DNA from: Alphaproteobacteria bacterium
GTDB taxonomy: Bacteria > Pseudomonadota > Alphaproteobacteria > SHVZ01
DNA length: 64,000 nt
Direction: 5' to 3'
Assembly: GCA_016869285.1 (NCBI GenBank)
Contig: VGEN01000003.1
Span: 150-64,149 of the forward strand
Both the position numbers and the translations under genes were made by a program. Positions 40,600-52,093 of this stretch are shown piece after piece (position 1 is the stretch's first letter; each line of letters begins with the position of its first letter). A model generated the notes under the pieces. That model saw only the letters and a program-made list of their open reading frames with translations. It was not told where the DNA came from and ran no database searches.

Positions 40600-41361
40600 T
40601 TAGGGGTACTCACGTTTCTCCAGCTCGAAGGCGACGTCCGAAAGCGGCGAGGTCCGCAGGATGTCGAAAAACTCCAGCAGTCCCTTGTCGCCATACGGCG
40701 AGAACAGGTTCTTGTAGCGGATGTTCAGCGCCCAGCGCGTCTCTTTCGTGACATTGACCCTGGCGCCATGCGCGATACCGGCCGCGAACAGGCAGGCGCT
40801 GCCGAACGGAACCTGTAGCTCTACTGCCGTCGCCTCGACCATCTGGCAGTAGGCTTCGTAACTACCGCCATTCTTCAGCGATGCGATCGCCGTCGCCGAG
40901 GTCTCAAGATCCGAGATGAACATGCTCTTGGTGCCGTATACATCGACCAGCGGCAGCCAGGTGACGACCTCGAAATGCGAATTGGCCGGCGCGTCGCGAT
41001 GCGTCATGACCTGATCCACATCGCCGGGCTGCTGCACGACGATGTTGACGACTTTCTGCGCAGCGACATCGGCCCCGACCATCTGGCTCAAGGTGTTCTC
41101 GAATGCCTTGAAGACGAGGCGATTGACCTTAAGCACTGCCGTGCAGTCCGAGACGAGCTTCGTGCGGAAGGCGTTGAGCTCGCCTCCGCGAACGCCACGC
41201 TCATGAAACTTGTTGAAGAATGCCTCGGCATCGTTGCCGTCGGCGCCGAGGATGGTTCGCGCCTGGGCGAAAATGTCTTGTCGCAGGGCCTCTAGCGCCG
41301 AGCGGTCGTCGGCCTCGAAAATGTCGAATCCGCGCCGACGAAATACGTCAAACTTGGCCAA
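40600..41361 (-). CDS. putative non-heme Fe(II)/2-oxoglutarate oxygenase-like protein (PhyH-like cupin)
   Basis: Candidate 2-His-1-carboxylate triad (THRDAP...AHGARVN) plus a distal Arg (TRWALNIRY). TTG start. 253 aa. Confidence 0.5.
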   Translation of the reverse strand: MAKFDVFRRRGFDIFEADDRSALEALRQDIFAQARTILGADGNDAEAFFNKFHERGVRGGELNAFRTKLVSDCTAVLKVNRLVFKAFENTLSQMVGADVAAQKVVNIVVQQPGDVDQVMTHRDAPANSHFEVVTWLPLVDVYGTKSMFISDLETSATAIASLKNGGSYEAYCQMVEATAVELQVPFGSACLFAAGIAHGARVNVTKETRWALNIRYKNLFSPYGDKGLLEFFDILRTSPLSDVAFELEKREYP

Positions 41362-41472
41362 TGGCGCTTCTCATCGTGGTCGGGATCATACGGTTGAGCC
41401 TGATTCGCTTCAACCGCCCTGTCCTTGCGACATGTAATCGCAGGCGCGACAGATAGAGTCGAGATGCGGGGC

Positions 41473-42117
41473 TCAGGCCGCGGGCTGCGGCGATTCCTGG
41501 AGCGCCAGGTCGAACATCGGCTGGAACGCCTCCGGCTCGTGCGCACCGGGTAGCGCGTACTTGCCGTCGAGGATGAAGCACGGCACGCCGGAGATTCCCA
41601 TCCGGTAGGCGAGCGACAGATCCTGCATGACCAGGTCGCGCCCCTGCTCTCCGGCGAGGAACCGCCGCGCCGGCTCTATCTCCAGCCCGGCCTCGCCGGC
41701 CAGCGAGGCCAAGGTATCCTGGTCGCCGATGTCGGCGCCTTCGCTGAAGTAGCCGACGAACAGCCGATCGAGCATGCGGTCCTGGGCGCCGCCGCCGGCA
41801 GCGTAGAGCATGAGGCGATGGGCCTCGGTCGTGTTCGGCGTCCGCTTGATCCGGTCGAAGCGGAAGTCGATGCCCTCGGCGACGCCTGCCTCGGCCACTC
41901 GCTGATAGATCTCCTCGGCGCGTCGTCCGCCGCCGAACTTCATGGCGACGTATTCGGCGCGGTCCATGCCGTCGCGCGGCAGGTCCGGATTGAGCTGGAA
42001 AGCCCGCCAGGCGACCTCGGCCGCGATGTCAGGGCGCTGCCCGAGCGCACGGGCGAAGCGGCGCTTGCCGATGTAGCACCAAGGACAGACGATGTCGGAG
42101 AAGATGTCGAAGCGCAT
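41473..42117 (-). CDS. DsbA-family thiol:disulfide oxidoreductase (FrnE / 2-hydroxychromene-2-carboxylate isomerase-like)
   Basis: CPWC active-site motif at the N-terminus (DIVCPWCYIG). 214 aa. Confidence 0.8.
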   Translation of the reverse strand: MRFDIFSDIVCPWCYIGKRRFARALGQRPDIAAEVAWRAFQLNPDLPRDGMDRAEYVAMKFGGGRRAEEIYQRVAEAGVAEGIDFRFDRIKRTPNTTEAHRLMLYAAGGGAQDRMLDRLFVGYFSEGADIGDQDTLASLAGEAGLEIEPARRFLAGEQGRDLVMQDLSLAYRMGISGVPCFILDGKYALPGAHEPEAFQPMFDLALQESPQPAA

Positions 42118-42194
42118 GGGCCAAGCCTAGCGTCCCAACCTGCCGCCGTCTCGTACCATCGCTTGACCGCCGCCGAGACCTCGCCAAGCATGCG

Positions 42195-43841
42195 GTGGTG
42201 ACCTCGATCTACGACCAGGGCCTGGGCCGGGTTGCCGCCAACCACATGGCGCTGACGCCTTTGAGCTTCCTCGACCGGGCGGCGGCGGTCTGGCCGGACA
42301 AGGTCGCTGTCATCCATGGCTCGGCGCGGACAAGCTACCGCGAATTCGGGCGGCGTTGCCGCCGGCTGGCGAGCGCGCTCAGCCGGCTGGGCATCGGCCC
42401 CGGCGACACGGTTTCGGTGCTGGCACCGAACATCCCGGCCCTGCTGGAGGCGCATTACGGCGTGCCGATGGCCGGTGCCGTGCTCAATGCGATCAACGCG
42501 CGGCTCGACGCCGCGACGGTCGGCTTCATCCTCCGGCACTCGGGCGCCAAGGCCTTTCTGGTCGACCGCGACTGCGCCGAGGCGGCGCGGGGCGCGCTGC
42601 AGGGCCTCGACCCGAAGCCGCTGGTGATCGACATCGCCGATCCGCTGGGACCGCCAAGCGGCGGCATAGGCGAGATGACCTACGAAGCGTTCCTTGCCTC
42701 GGGCGACGCGGATTTCGTCTGGCGCTGGCCCAAGGACGAGTGGCAGGCGATCGGCCTCAACTACACCTCGGGCACCACCGGCAACCCCAAGGGCGTCGTC
42801 GTCCATCACCGCGGCGCGTTCCTCAACGCCATAGGCAACGCCATCACCTTCGGCCTGGGGTCGGAGACCGTCTATCTTTGGACCCTGCCGATGTTCCACT
42901 GTAATGGCTGGTGCTACACCTGGGCGGTTGCCGCGGTCGGCGGCACGCATGTTTGCCTCAGGCGCGTCGACCCCGCCTTGATCTTTCCGGCGATCGCCGA
43001 GCATCGCGTTTCTCACCTCTGCGGCGCACCGATCGTGCTAACCATGCTGATCCACGCGCCCGAGGCGGTGAAGCGCCGTTTCGACCATGTCGTCGAGGTC
43101 GCGACCGGTGGCGCCGCGCCGCCCTCGGCGGTGATCGCAGCGACGTCTCGGATGGGCTTTCGCGTCACCCATCTCTACGGATTGACCGAGGTCTACGGTC
43201 CCTCGACGCTCTGCGCCTGGCAGGAAGACTGGGATGCGCTGGATGCCGACGCTCAGGCGGCGATGATGGCACGCCAGGGCGTCAACCTGTTGACCATGGC
43301 GGCGCAGGATGTCGTCGATCCGGCGACGATGGCGCCGGTGCCGGCCGACGGCACGACCATCGGCGAGCTCATGCTTCGCGGAAATACGGTGATGAAGGGC
43401 TATCTCAAGAACCGCGCCGCCAGCGACGAGGCCTTCCGCGGCGGCTGGTTCCACACCGGCGACCTCGGCGTGAAGCATCCCGACGGATATGTCGAAATCA
43501 AGGATCGCGCCAAGGACATCATCATCTCGGGAGGCGAGAACATCTCCTCGCTCGAGGTCGAGGAGGTGCTCTACCGCCACCCGCAGGTGATGGAGGCGGC
43601 GGTGGTGGCGCGACCGGATGCGAAATGGGGCGAGAGCCCCTGCGCCTTCATCACGCTGAAGCCCGGCGCGGCGCCGACGAGCGAGGGCGAGATCCTCGCC
43701 TTCTGCCGAGAGCGCATGGCGCGCTACAAGGTGCCGCGCACCGTGGTGTTCGGCGCGCTGCCGAAGACCTCGACCGGCAAGATCCAGAAGTTCCAGCTAC
43801 GCGAGCAGGCAAAGGGGCTCGGCGAAAGGCAGGAAACATGA
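42195..43841 (+). CDS. AMP-dependent acyl-CoA synthetase/ligase (medium-chain type)
   Basis: AMP-binding motif YTSGTTGNPKGV, the TGD motif and a C-terminal lysine (GKIQK). 548 aa. Confidence 0.85.
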   Translation: MVTSIYDQGLGRVAANHMALTPLSFLDRAAAVWPDKVAVIHGSARTSYREFGRRCRRLASALSRLGIGPGDTVSVLAPNIPALLEAHYGVPMAGAVLNAINARLDAATVGFILRHSGAKAFLVDRDCAEAARGALQGLDPKPLVIDIADPLGPPSGGIGEMTYEAFLASGDADFVWRWPKDEWQAIGLNYTSGTTGNPKGVVVHHRGAFLNAIGNAITFGLGSETVYLWTLPMFHCNGWCYTWAVAAVGGTHVCLRRVDPALIFPAIAEHRVSHLCGAPIVLTMLIHAPEAVKRRFDHVVEVATGGAAPPSAVIAATSRMGFRVTHLYGLTEVYGPSTLCAWQEDWDALDADAQAAMMARQGVNLLTMAAQDVVDPATMAPVPADGTTIGELMLRGNTVMKGYLKNRAASDEAFRGGWFHTGDLGVKHPDGYVEIKDRAKDIIISGGENISSLEVEEVLYRHPQVMEAAVVARPDAKWGESPCAFITLKPGAAPTSEGEILAFCRERMARYKVPRTVVFGALPKTSTGKIQKFQLREQAKGLGERQET

Positions 43842-44596
43842 CGGACTCGCTTGCCGGCCACACCGCGCTGGTCACCGGAGCGTCCTCCGGCCTCGGCCGC
43901 CACTTCGCAAGGCTGCTGGCGTCGCGCGGCGTCAAGGTCGCGATCGGCGCGCGACGGATGGACCGGCTGGTGACGCTGGCCGAGGAGATCCGCGCATCCG
44001 GCGGCGAGGCATTGCTGGTCGAGCTCGACGTCACCGACGAAGCCAGCGTCACGCAGGCGGTCGGGCAATCGGCCGATGCGCTCGGCGGCCTCGACATCCT
44101 GGTCAACAATGCCGGCATCGTCATCGCCAAGCCCGCTCTCGAAATGTCGATCGACGAGTGGGACGCGCAGATCGCCACAAACCTCCGCGGCGTCTTCCTG
44201 GTCGCGCGAACCGCCGCCCGGCGCATGGCGGAGCAGGGTGGCGGCAGCATCATCAACATCGCCTCGATCGCCGGTCTCCGCACCGGCGGCCATATCTCGG
44301 CCTATGCCGCGTCCAAGGCCGGGCTGATCCATCTGACGAGAAATCTCGCGATCGAGCTTGCGCGCAGCAATGTGCGGGTGAACGCGCTGGCACCCGGCTA
44401 TATCGAGACCGAGCTCAACGCCGAGTTCTTCGCCAGCAAGGCCGGCGAGGAGCTGATCAAGCGCATCCCGCAGCGTCGCCTCGGCAGGCCGGAGGACCTC
44501 GATGGACCGCTGCTGTTGCTCGCGTCCGATGCATCGCGCTACATGACCGGCGCCGTCCTCGTCGTCGACGGCGGCCATTCCGTCAATCCGCTCTGA
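43838..44596 (+). CDS. SDR-family oxidoreductase
   Basis: TGASSGLG motif and Y-x3-K (YAASKAG). ATGA overlap with the upstream gene. Confidence 0.8.
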   Translation: MTDSLAGHTALVTGASSGLGRHFARLLASRGVKVAIGARRMDRLVTLAEEIRASGGEALLVELDVTDEASVTQAVGQSADALGGLDILVNNAGIVIAKPALEMSIDEWDAQIATNLRGVFLVARTAARRMAEQGGGSIINIASIAGLRTGGHISAYAASKAGLIHLTRNLAIELARSNVRVNALAPGYIETELNAEFFASKAGEELIKRIPQRRLGRPEDLDGPLLLLASDASRYMTGAVLVVDGGHSVNPL

Positions 44597-44607
44597 GGGA
44601 GACTTCG

Positions 44608-44952
44608 ATGATCGTCGATCACCGCACCTACACCCTGAAGCCCGGCGGGCTTCCCGAATACCTCGCCAAGTACGAGGAAATGGGGCTCAAGGTGCAGATC
44701 AAGCATCTCGGGCGGCTGGCGGGATACTACTTCACCGAGATCGGGCCCTTGAATCAGATCGTCCATATCTGGGCCTATGAGAGCCTGGCCGAGCGCGACG
44801 AGCGGCGGGCAAAGATGCAGGCCGACCCGGCCTGGCAGGCCTGGATCAAGGTCTCATCCCAGTACTTCGTCAACATGGAGAACAAAGTGATGAAGGAGGC
44901 GCCCTTCTTCCGGACCAAGTTCTCCGGGCCGGACGAGGTCGGCAAGCGCTAG
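44608..44952 (+). CDS. NIPSNAP family protein
   Basis: About 115-aa dimeric alpha+beta barrel protein (MIVDHRTYTLKPG...IVHIWAYESLAERD). Confidence 0.7.
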   Translation: MIVDHRTYTLKPGGLPEYLAKYEEMGLKVQIKHLGRLAGYYFTEIGPLNQIVHIWAYESLAERDERRAKMQADPAWQAWIKVSSQYFVNMENKVMKEAPFFRTKFSGPDEVGKR

Positions 44953-46532
44953 CGCGACCTCGCGCGCTCGGCGATCTGGCGGACGGCGCGGACGGCAGAG
45001 ACCGCCGCGCCCTCCTGCCATCCCGGCAGGTAGCTCAAGTGCTCGCCGGCGAAGTGGAAGGGCCCGTCCGGCTCCTGCAGCGTCTTGTACTCGTCGTTCC
45101 GCTGGCTCGGTGCCCATTCCGCCCAGGCGCCCTCGCTCCATGGCACCTTCGCCCAGGCGACCGAGACCGGATGCTCGACCTCCTGGCCATATCCGGGATG
45201 CAGGAGCTCGCCCGAGCGGATCGCCGCCTCGGCGCGGAGGTCGGGCGGCAGCGCGCCGAAGGCCTCGCCGATGCGGTTGGTCCAGATATAGCCGCCGACG
45301 ATCACCCCGCGCTGCACATGGAAGTCGTGCGAGGGGTACCAGACCTGCGTGATGTCGCGGTTGGTCCAGGAGATGCCGCCATAGATGCCGTCATCCTCCT
45401 CCCAGAAGCGGCGCCTGGCCTGGAAGGCGATCTTCGCCGCCTTGACGTAGGCCGGAGCGTGGATGGCGCGGCGATGCGCCTCCGAGAAGTCCGAGTCGAT
45501 CGACTCCAGCACCTTGAGCGGCGCGGTAACCAGCACGAAGTCGGCCTCGACCGGCCGCTCGGTCCGGCGCGCGAGGTCGGTGACGACCAGCGTCGCACCC
45601 TTCCCGGTACGGCGGAGCTGGTTGACAACCGCGCGGTACTCGATGCGGCCGCGCAGGCGCTCGGCGAAGGCGGTGGCGATGCGGTCCATGCCGCCGACGG
45701 GTTCCAGCATCGGCGCCGCCTGGTGCAGGCTCTCGAAGAAGGGCAGCGTGAAGTAGGTGAACTGCGCGCCGAGAAGGTCCTTGAGCGGTAGCGGCGCCAG
45801 CGCCTCTCCCCAGCCGTCGGTACCGGGCGCATCCGTGTAGCCGGCGTTGGGCGAGCCGCGATAGAGGCGATCGCGGTCGAGATCGCCGAAGCCGCGCAGG
45901 AAGGTGATCAGGCGCTCGCGATCGCGGCCGTCCAGCTCCTGGTCGAGCGCGCCTTTCTGGATCGATTTGGCGAGAAGCTCGGCGACGGCGCCGCGGCTGT
46001 CGGAGACGGCCTGTCGGAAGGTGAGGCGCTTGCCGCCGAAGGCGCGGTCATGCTGGACGAAGGCGGCGCGGTTCTCATTGACCATGACCTGCAGTGGAAC
46101 GCCGAGCGCGCGGCAGTATCCGAGCAGCGTGCGATGCTGGTGCGAGATCCGCGCCGGTCCCGGATTGAAGTAGAGCGAGGGATCGGCGTCGAAGCCGCAG
46201 CGCTGGCCGAAATCGTTCTCCTCGACGCGGTCGCCGCCGCGGATCGTCCAGCAGCGTCCGCCCGGCCGCTCGCGCGCCTCGAGCACGCGCACCTCGTAGC
46301 CCGCCTTGTCGAGCTCATAGGCGGCGACGAGGCCGGCGATGCCCGCGCCGATGATGGCGACGCGCGTGCCCTTGCCGGAGCCCGGCGCCAGATCGACCGT
46401 CGCCGCCTGGGCCGGCGTCTCGATCAGGCCGAGCGCCGAAAGCGTCGCATAGGCGCCGGCGACGCCGCCGAGCCCGCCGGCGAAATGCACGAGCTGCCGG
46501 CGCGTCAGGCCACGCCGCGGATCCTTGACCAT
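44949..46532 (-). CDS. flavin-containing amine oxidase / NAD(P)/FAD-dependent oxidoreductase with a Tat-like N-terminus
   Basis: FAD dinucleotide-binding motif VAIIGAGIAGL. Twin-arginine-like N-terminus (RRGLTRRQLVHFAGGLGGVAGA). Confidence 0.7.
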   Translation of the reverse strand: MVKDPRRGLTRRQLVHFAGGLGGVAGAYATLSALGLIETPAQAATVDLAPGSGKGTRVAIIGAGIAGLVAAYELDKAGYEVRVLEARERPGGRCWTIRGGDRVEENDFGQRCGFDADPSLYFNPGPARISHQHRTLLGYCRALGVPLQVMVNENRAAFVQHDRAFGGKRLTFRQAVSDSRGAVAELLAKSIQKGALDQELDGRDRERLITFLRGFGDLDRDRLYRGSPNAGYTDAPGTDGWGEALAPLPLKDLLGAQFTYFTLPFFESLHQAAPMLEPVGGMDRIATAFAERLRGRIEYRAVVNQLRRTGKGATLVVTDLARRTERPVEADFVLVTAPLKVLESIDSDFSEAHRRAIHAPAYVKAAKIAFQARRRFWEEDDGIYGGISWTNRDITQVWYPSHDFHVQRGVIVGGYIWTNRIGEAFGALPPDLRAEAAIRSGELLHPGYGQEVEHPVSVAWAKVPWSEGAWAEWAPSQRNDEYKTLQEPDGPFHFAGEHLSYLPGWQEGAAVSAVRAVRQIAERARSR

Positions 46533-46567
46533 GGCCCGACTCTCCGCCGCAAGGACGCGGCGGTCAA

Positions 46568-49423
<2,856 letters not shown>

Positions 49424-49440
49424 AGACGATCCCATAGCAA

Positions 49441-49455
49441 GAACATAAAGAGAAC
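49441..49455. promoter_or_regulatory. alphaproteobacterial-type LexA (SOS) box GAAC-N7-GAAC upstream of uvrA
   Basis: GAACataaagaGAAC (GTTC-N7-GTTC on the uvrA strand) lies 18-32 nt upstream of the uvrA start codon. Confidence 0.6.
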
Positions 49456-49530
49456 GCAACCGCGGCGAGCGAAGGCTAGACCGGCACCATGTGGATATCT
49501 CGGCGCTCCATGGATCGGCCGGCGCGAACC

Positions 49531-49935
49531 TTACTCCGGCCGCAGCCAGTTCACGAGCGGAAGTCCGTCCACACGCGCGAACTCGCGATCATTGTCCGTG
49601 ACAAGCGTGAGTCCGAGCGCGAGAGCGTGGGCCGCGATGAACAGATCATTGGCGCCTATCATCATTCGACTCCGTTCGAGTCGCGCGCGTATCCGACCGT
49701 AGGCCGCATCCGCGGGTGGCTTGTAATCCAGGACGTCAAACCTCTTTAAGGCCGCCTCCACGCGCTCGCTGAGCTCACTTAGGTCTCTCTTCATGCTTCC
49801 GTAGCGAAGTTCGGAAGCGACGATGATGCTCGTGCATATCTCACCTTCGCCTACCTCGGCGATCCGAGCGGCGACAGTGCCTTGGGGCCGCCGGACGAGG
49901 TCCGAGACTATGTTCGTGTCGAGCAGATACCGCAT
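49531..49935 (-). CDS. vapC: type II toxin VapC (PIN-domain ribonuclease)
   Basis: N-terminal [15 protein letters not shown] with conserved acidic residues of the PIN fold. Visibly lower GC than the flanking sequence. Confidence 0.8.
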   Translation of the reverse strand: MRYLLDTNIVSDLVRRPQGTVAARIAEVGEGEICTSIIVASELRYGSMKRDLSELSERVEAALKRFDVLDYKPPADAAYGRIRARLERSRMMIGANDLFIAAHALALGLTLVTDNDREFARVDGLPLVNWLRPE

Positions 49936-50144
49936 CAGATCTCGACGGGATCAGGAGGTAGATCCTCGATCTCCGGGAACTCTTCATCGAGCGGCTCGAG
50001 CGTAGCGAGCCACGCGAGCAGCGACTTGCGCGGCGCAGGCTCGATGATCAGCCGATCGCCTTCCTTGCGCATAATGGCATCCTCACCCGGCAGCTCGAAC
50101 TCCCGGGGGATGCGAACGGCCTGATTACGCCCGTTCTTGAACAA
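49935..50144 (-). CDS. vapB: type II antitoxin VapB (AbrB/SpoVT-like swapped-hairpin)
   Basis: 69 aa (MFKNGRNQAVRIPREFEL). Acidic C-terminus. 1-nt overlap with vapC. TTG start likely. Confidence 0.7.
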   Translation of the reverse strand: MFKNGRNQAVRIPREFELPGEDAIMRKEGDRLIIEPAPRKSLLAWLATLEPLDEEFPEIEDLPPDPVEI

Positions 50145-50234
50145 CTTTACGTGTCGCTCTGGGAGCGTAGCGGCCTCCTGTCAGCATATGCCAAAGCATA
50201 GGTCATGTAGGTGTCGTGGTCTAGCCGGTCAATC

Positions 50235-51074
50235 CTACCGCCGTCCCGTGCGCGGATTTGCGGCGTCGGTGAGGCCTTCGCCGACCAGGCTGACGGCGAG
50301 GACCGTCAGCAAAATCGCGAATCCCGGGATGGCGGACACATACCAGGCGCTGCGGAAGACGGCGCGGCCATTGGCGATCATCTGGCCCCAGGTCGCCACA
50401 TTCGGGTCGCTCAATCCGAGATAGGACAGCGCCGACTCGATCAGGATCGCCGCGGCGACGATGACGCTGCCGAGCACGATGATCGGCGCCAGCGCATTCG
50501 GCAGGATCTCGCGGAAGATGATGTAGCCGTGGCCGTTGCCGAGCACGCGAGAGGCCGCGACGAATTCGCGTTGCTTCAGGCTCAGGAACTCGGCGCGGGT
50601 GATGCGGGCAGGCCCGGTCCAGGAAACCAGCGCTATGGCGATCGCGACCGAGACCACGCCGGGGCCCATCACCGCGATCAGAGCGAGGGCCAGGATGAAG
50701 CCGGGAACGGTCTGGAAGGTTTCGGTCAGCCGCATCAGCGCCTCGTCGGTCCAGCCGCCGAAATATCCGGCAACGGCACCGACCAGGATGCCGATGAGGA
50801 TTGCCCCGCCGGCGGCGACCAGCCCGACGAACAGCGACGCCCGCGCGCCGTGTACAAGCCCGGCCAGCATGTCTCGGCCGAGCCGGTCGGTGCCGAGTGG
50901 AAAGCGCCAATACTCGAAGGGCTCCGTCAGCGGCCTCCCGACGATGTCGAGCGGATCGCCCGGGAAGAGCAGGGGTGCCACGATCGCCGCCAGCACGACG
51001 ACGCCGAGGATCGCGAGGCCCGCGAGCGCACCGCGGTTGGTGGCAAAGCGCTGTTTGAAGCCGCGCTCGTTCAT
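50235..51074 (-). CDS. ABC transporter permease (DppC-like)
   Basis: Start at MNERGFK, internal to the 530-aa track ORF. DppC topology. Confidence 0.8.
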   Translation of the reverse strand: MNERGFKQRFATNRGALAGLAILGVVVLAAIVAPLLFPGDPLDIVGRPLTEPFEYWRFPLGTDRLGRDMLAGLVHGARASLFVGLVAAGGAILIGILVGAVAGYFGGWTDEALMRLTETFQTVPGFILALALIAVMGPGVVSVAIAIALVSWTGPARITRAEFLSLKQREFVAASRVLGNGHGYIIFREILPNALAPIIVLGSVIVAAAILIESALSYLGLSDPNVATWGQMIANGRAVFRSAWYVSAIPGFAILLTVLAVSLVGEGLTDAANPRTGRR

Positions 51075-52093
51075 GCGCTCTCGATCCTGGGATCGAGCTG
51101 CGCATAGAGGAGATCGACGATCAAGTTGACCGTGATGACCAGCAGCGCGCTCATGAAGACGATGCCGAGCAGCGTGTTGAGATCGCGGCTGACGACGGAC
51201 TCGAAGGCAAGGCGTCCGATGCCGGGAATCGAGAACACGCTCTCGATGACGACGCTGCCGCCGAGCAGCGTGCCGAACTGAAGTCCCAGCATCGTCACCA
51301 TCGGCAGGATCGCATTCGGCAGGACGTGGCGATAGGCGATGCGGTCGTCGGTCAGTCCTTTGGCTTTGGCGGTGCGGATGAAGTCGAGGCCATAGACCTC
51401 GAGCATGCCGGCGCGCATCAGCCGCATGTAGATCGCGACATAGACGAGGGCAAGCGACAGCGTCGGCAGCACGAGATGGCGCGCAATATCGAGGACCCGC
51501 TCCCAGCCGGTCAGGGTGGAGGCGATGGTCTCGATGCCGGAAAGCGGCAGCCAGGCGAGCTTCACCGAGAAGATTACGATCAGCATGAGGCCGAGCCAGA
51601 ATCCCGGCGTCGCATAGACGATGAGGCCGAGCGTCACGATCGCCGTGTCTTCCGGCCGCCCCGCACGCCGCGCCGCGGCGACGCCGAGCGCGACGCCGAG
51701 GCCGAAGGCGAGGCTGACCGCGCTCAGCATCAGGAGCAGCGTGTTCGGCAGGCGCTCCAGGATCAGCGTCAGCACCGGCTGGCCATAGAGGACCGCCTGA
51801 CCGAGATCGAGCCGGATCGCCTTCCACAGATAGAGGCCGAGCTGGACGATCGCCGGTTGGTCGAGCCCGTATTCGGCGCGAAGTCGCGAAACCACGCCTA
51901 TATCGCCGCCGCCGACGGTGGCGATATAGGCGTCAACGGCGTCGCCCGGCGCGAGCTTCAGCAGCACGAAGTTGCCGACCAGGATCAGCAGGACGACCGG
52001 GAGCGCCTGCGCCAGCCTGCGGCGGATGAGGACGAAGGCGCGGCCGGCGAAGAAGTCGGCCGCGCGCCCGCCGCGGTCAGGCGAGGCTGACAT
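51071..52093 (-). CDS. ABC transporter permease (DppB-like)
   Basis: DppB topology. 4-bp overlap with the downstream permease. Confidence 0.8.
   Translation of the reverse strand: MSASPDRGGRAADFFAGRAFVLIRRRLAQALPVVLLILVGNFVLLKLAPGDAVDAYIATVGGGDIGVVSRLRAEYGLDQPAIVQLGLYLWKAIRLDLGQAVLYGQPVLTLILERLPNTLLLMLSAVSLAFGLGVALGVAAARRAGRPEDTAIVTLGLIVYATPGFWLGLMLIVIFSVKLAWLPLSGIETIASTLTGWERVLDIARHLVLPTLSLALVYVAIYMRLMRAGMLEVYGLDFIRTAKAKGLTDDRIAYRHVLPNAILPMVTMLGLQFGTLLGGSVVIESVFSIPGIGRLAFESVVSRDLNTLLGIVFMSALLVITVNLIVDLLYAQLDPRIESA

Noticed and set aside
40524-40694. N-terminal 57 aa of the 170-aa minus ORF at 40182..40694
   Set aside because: Overlaps the 3' end of the oxygenase-like gene and is S/R/C-rich. 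An internal Met with a downstream conserved-looking core was preferred.
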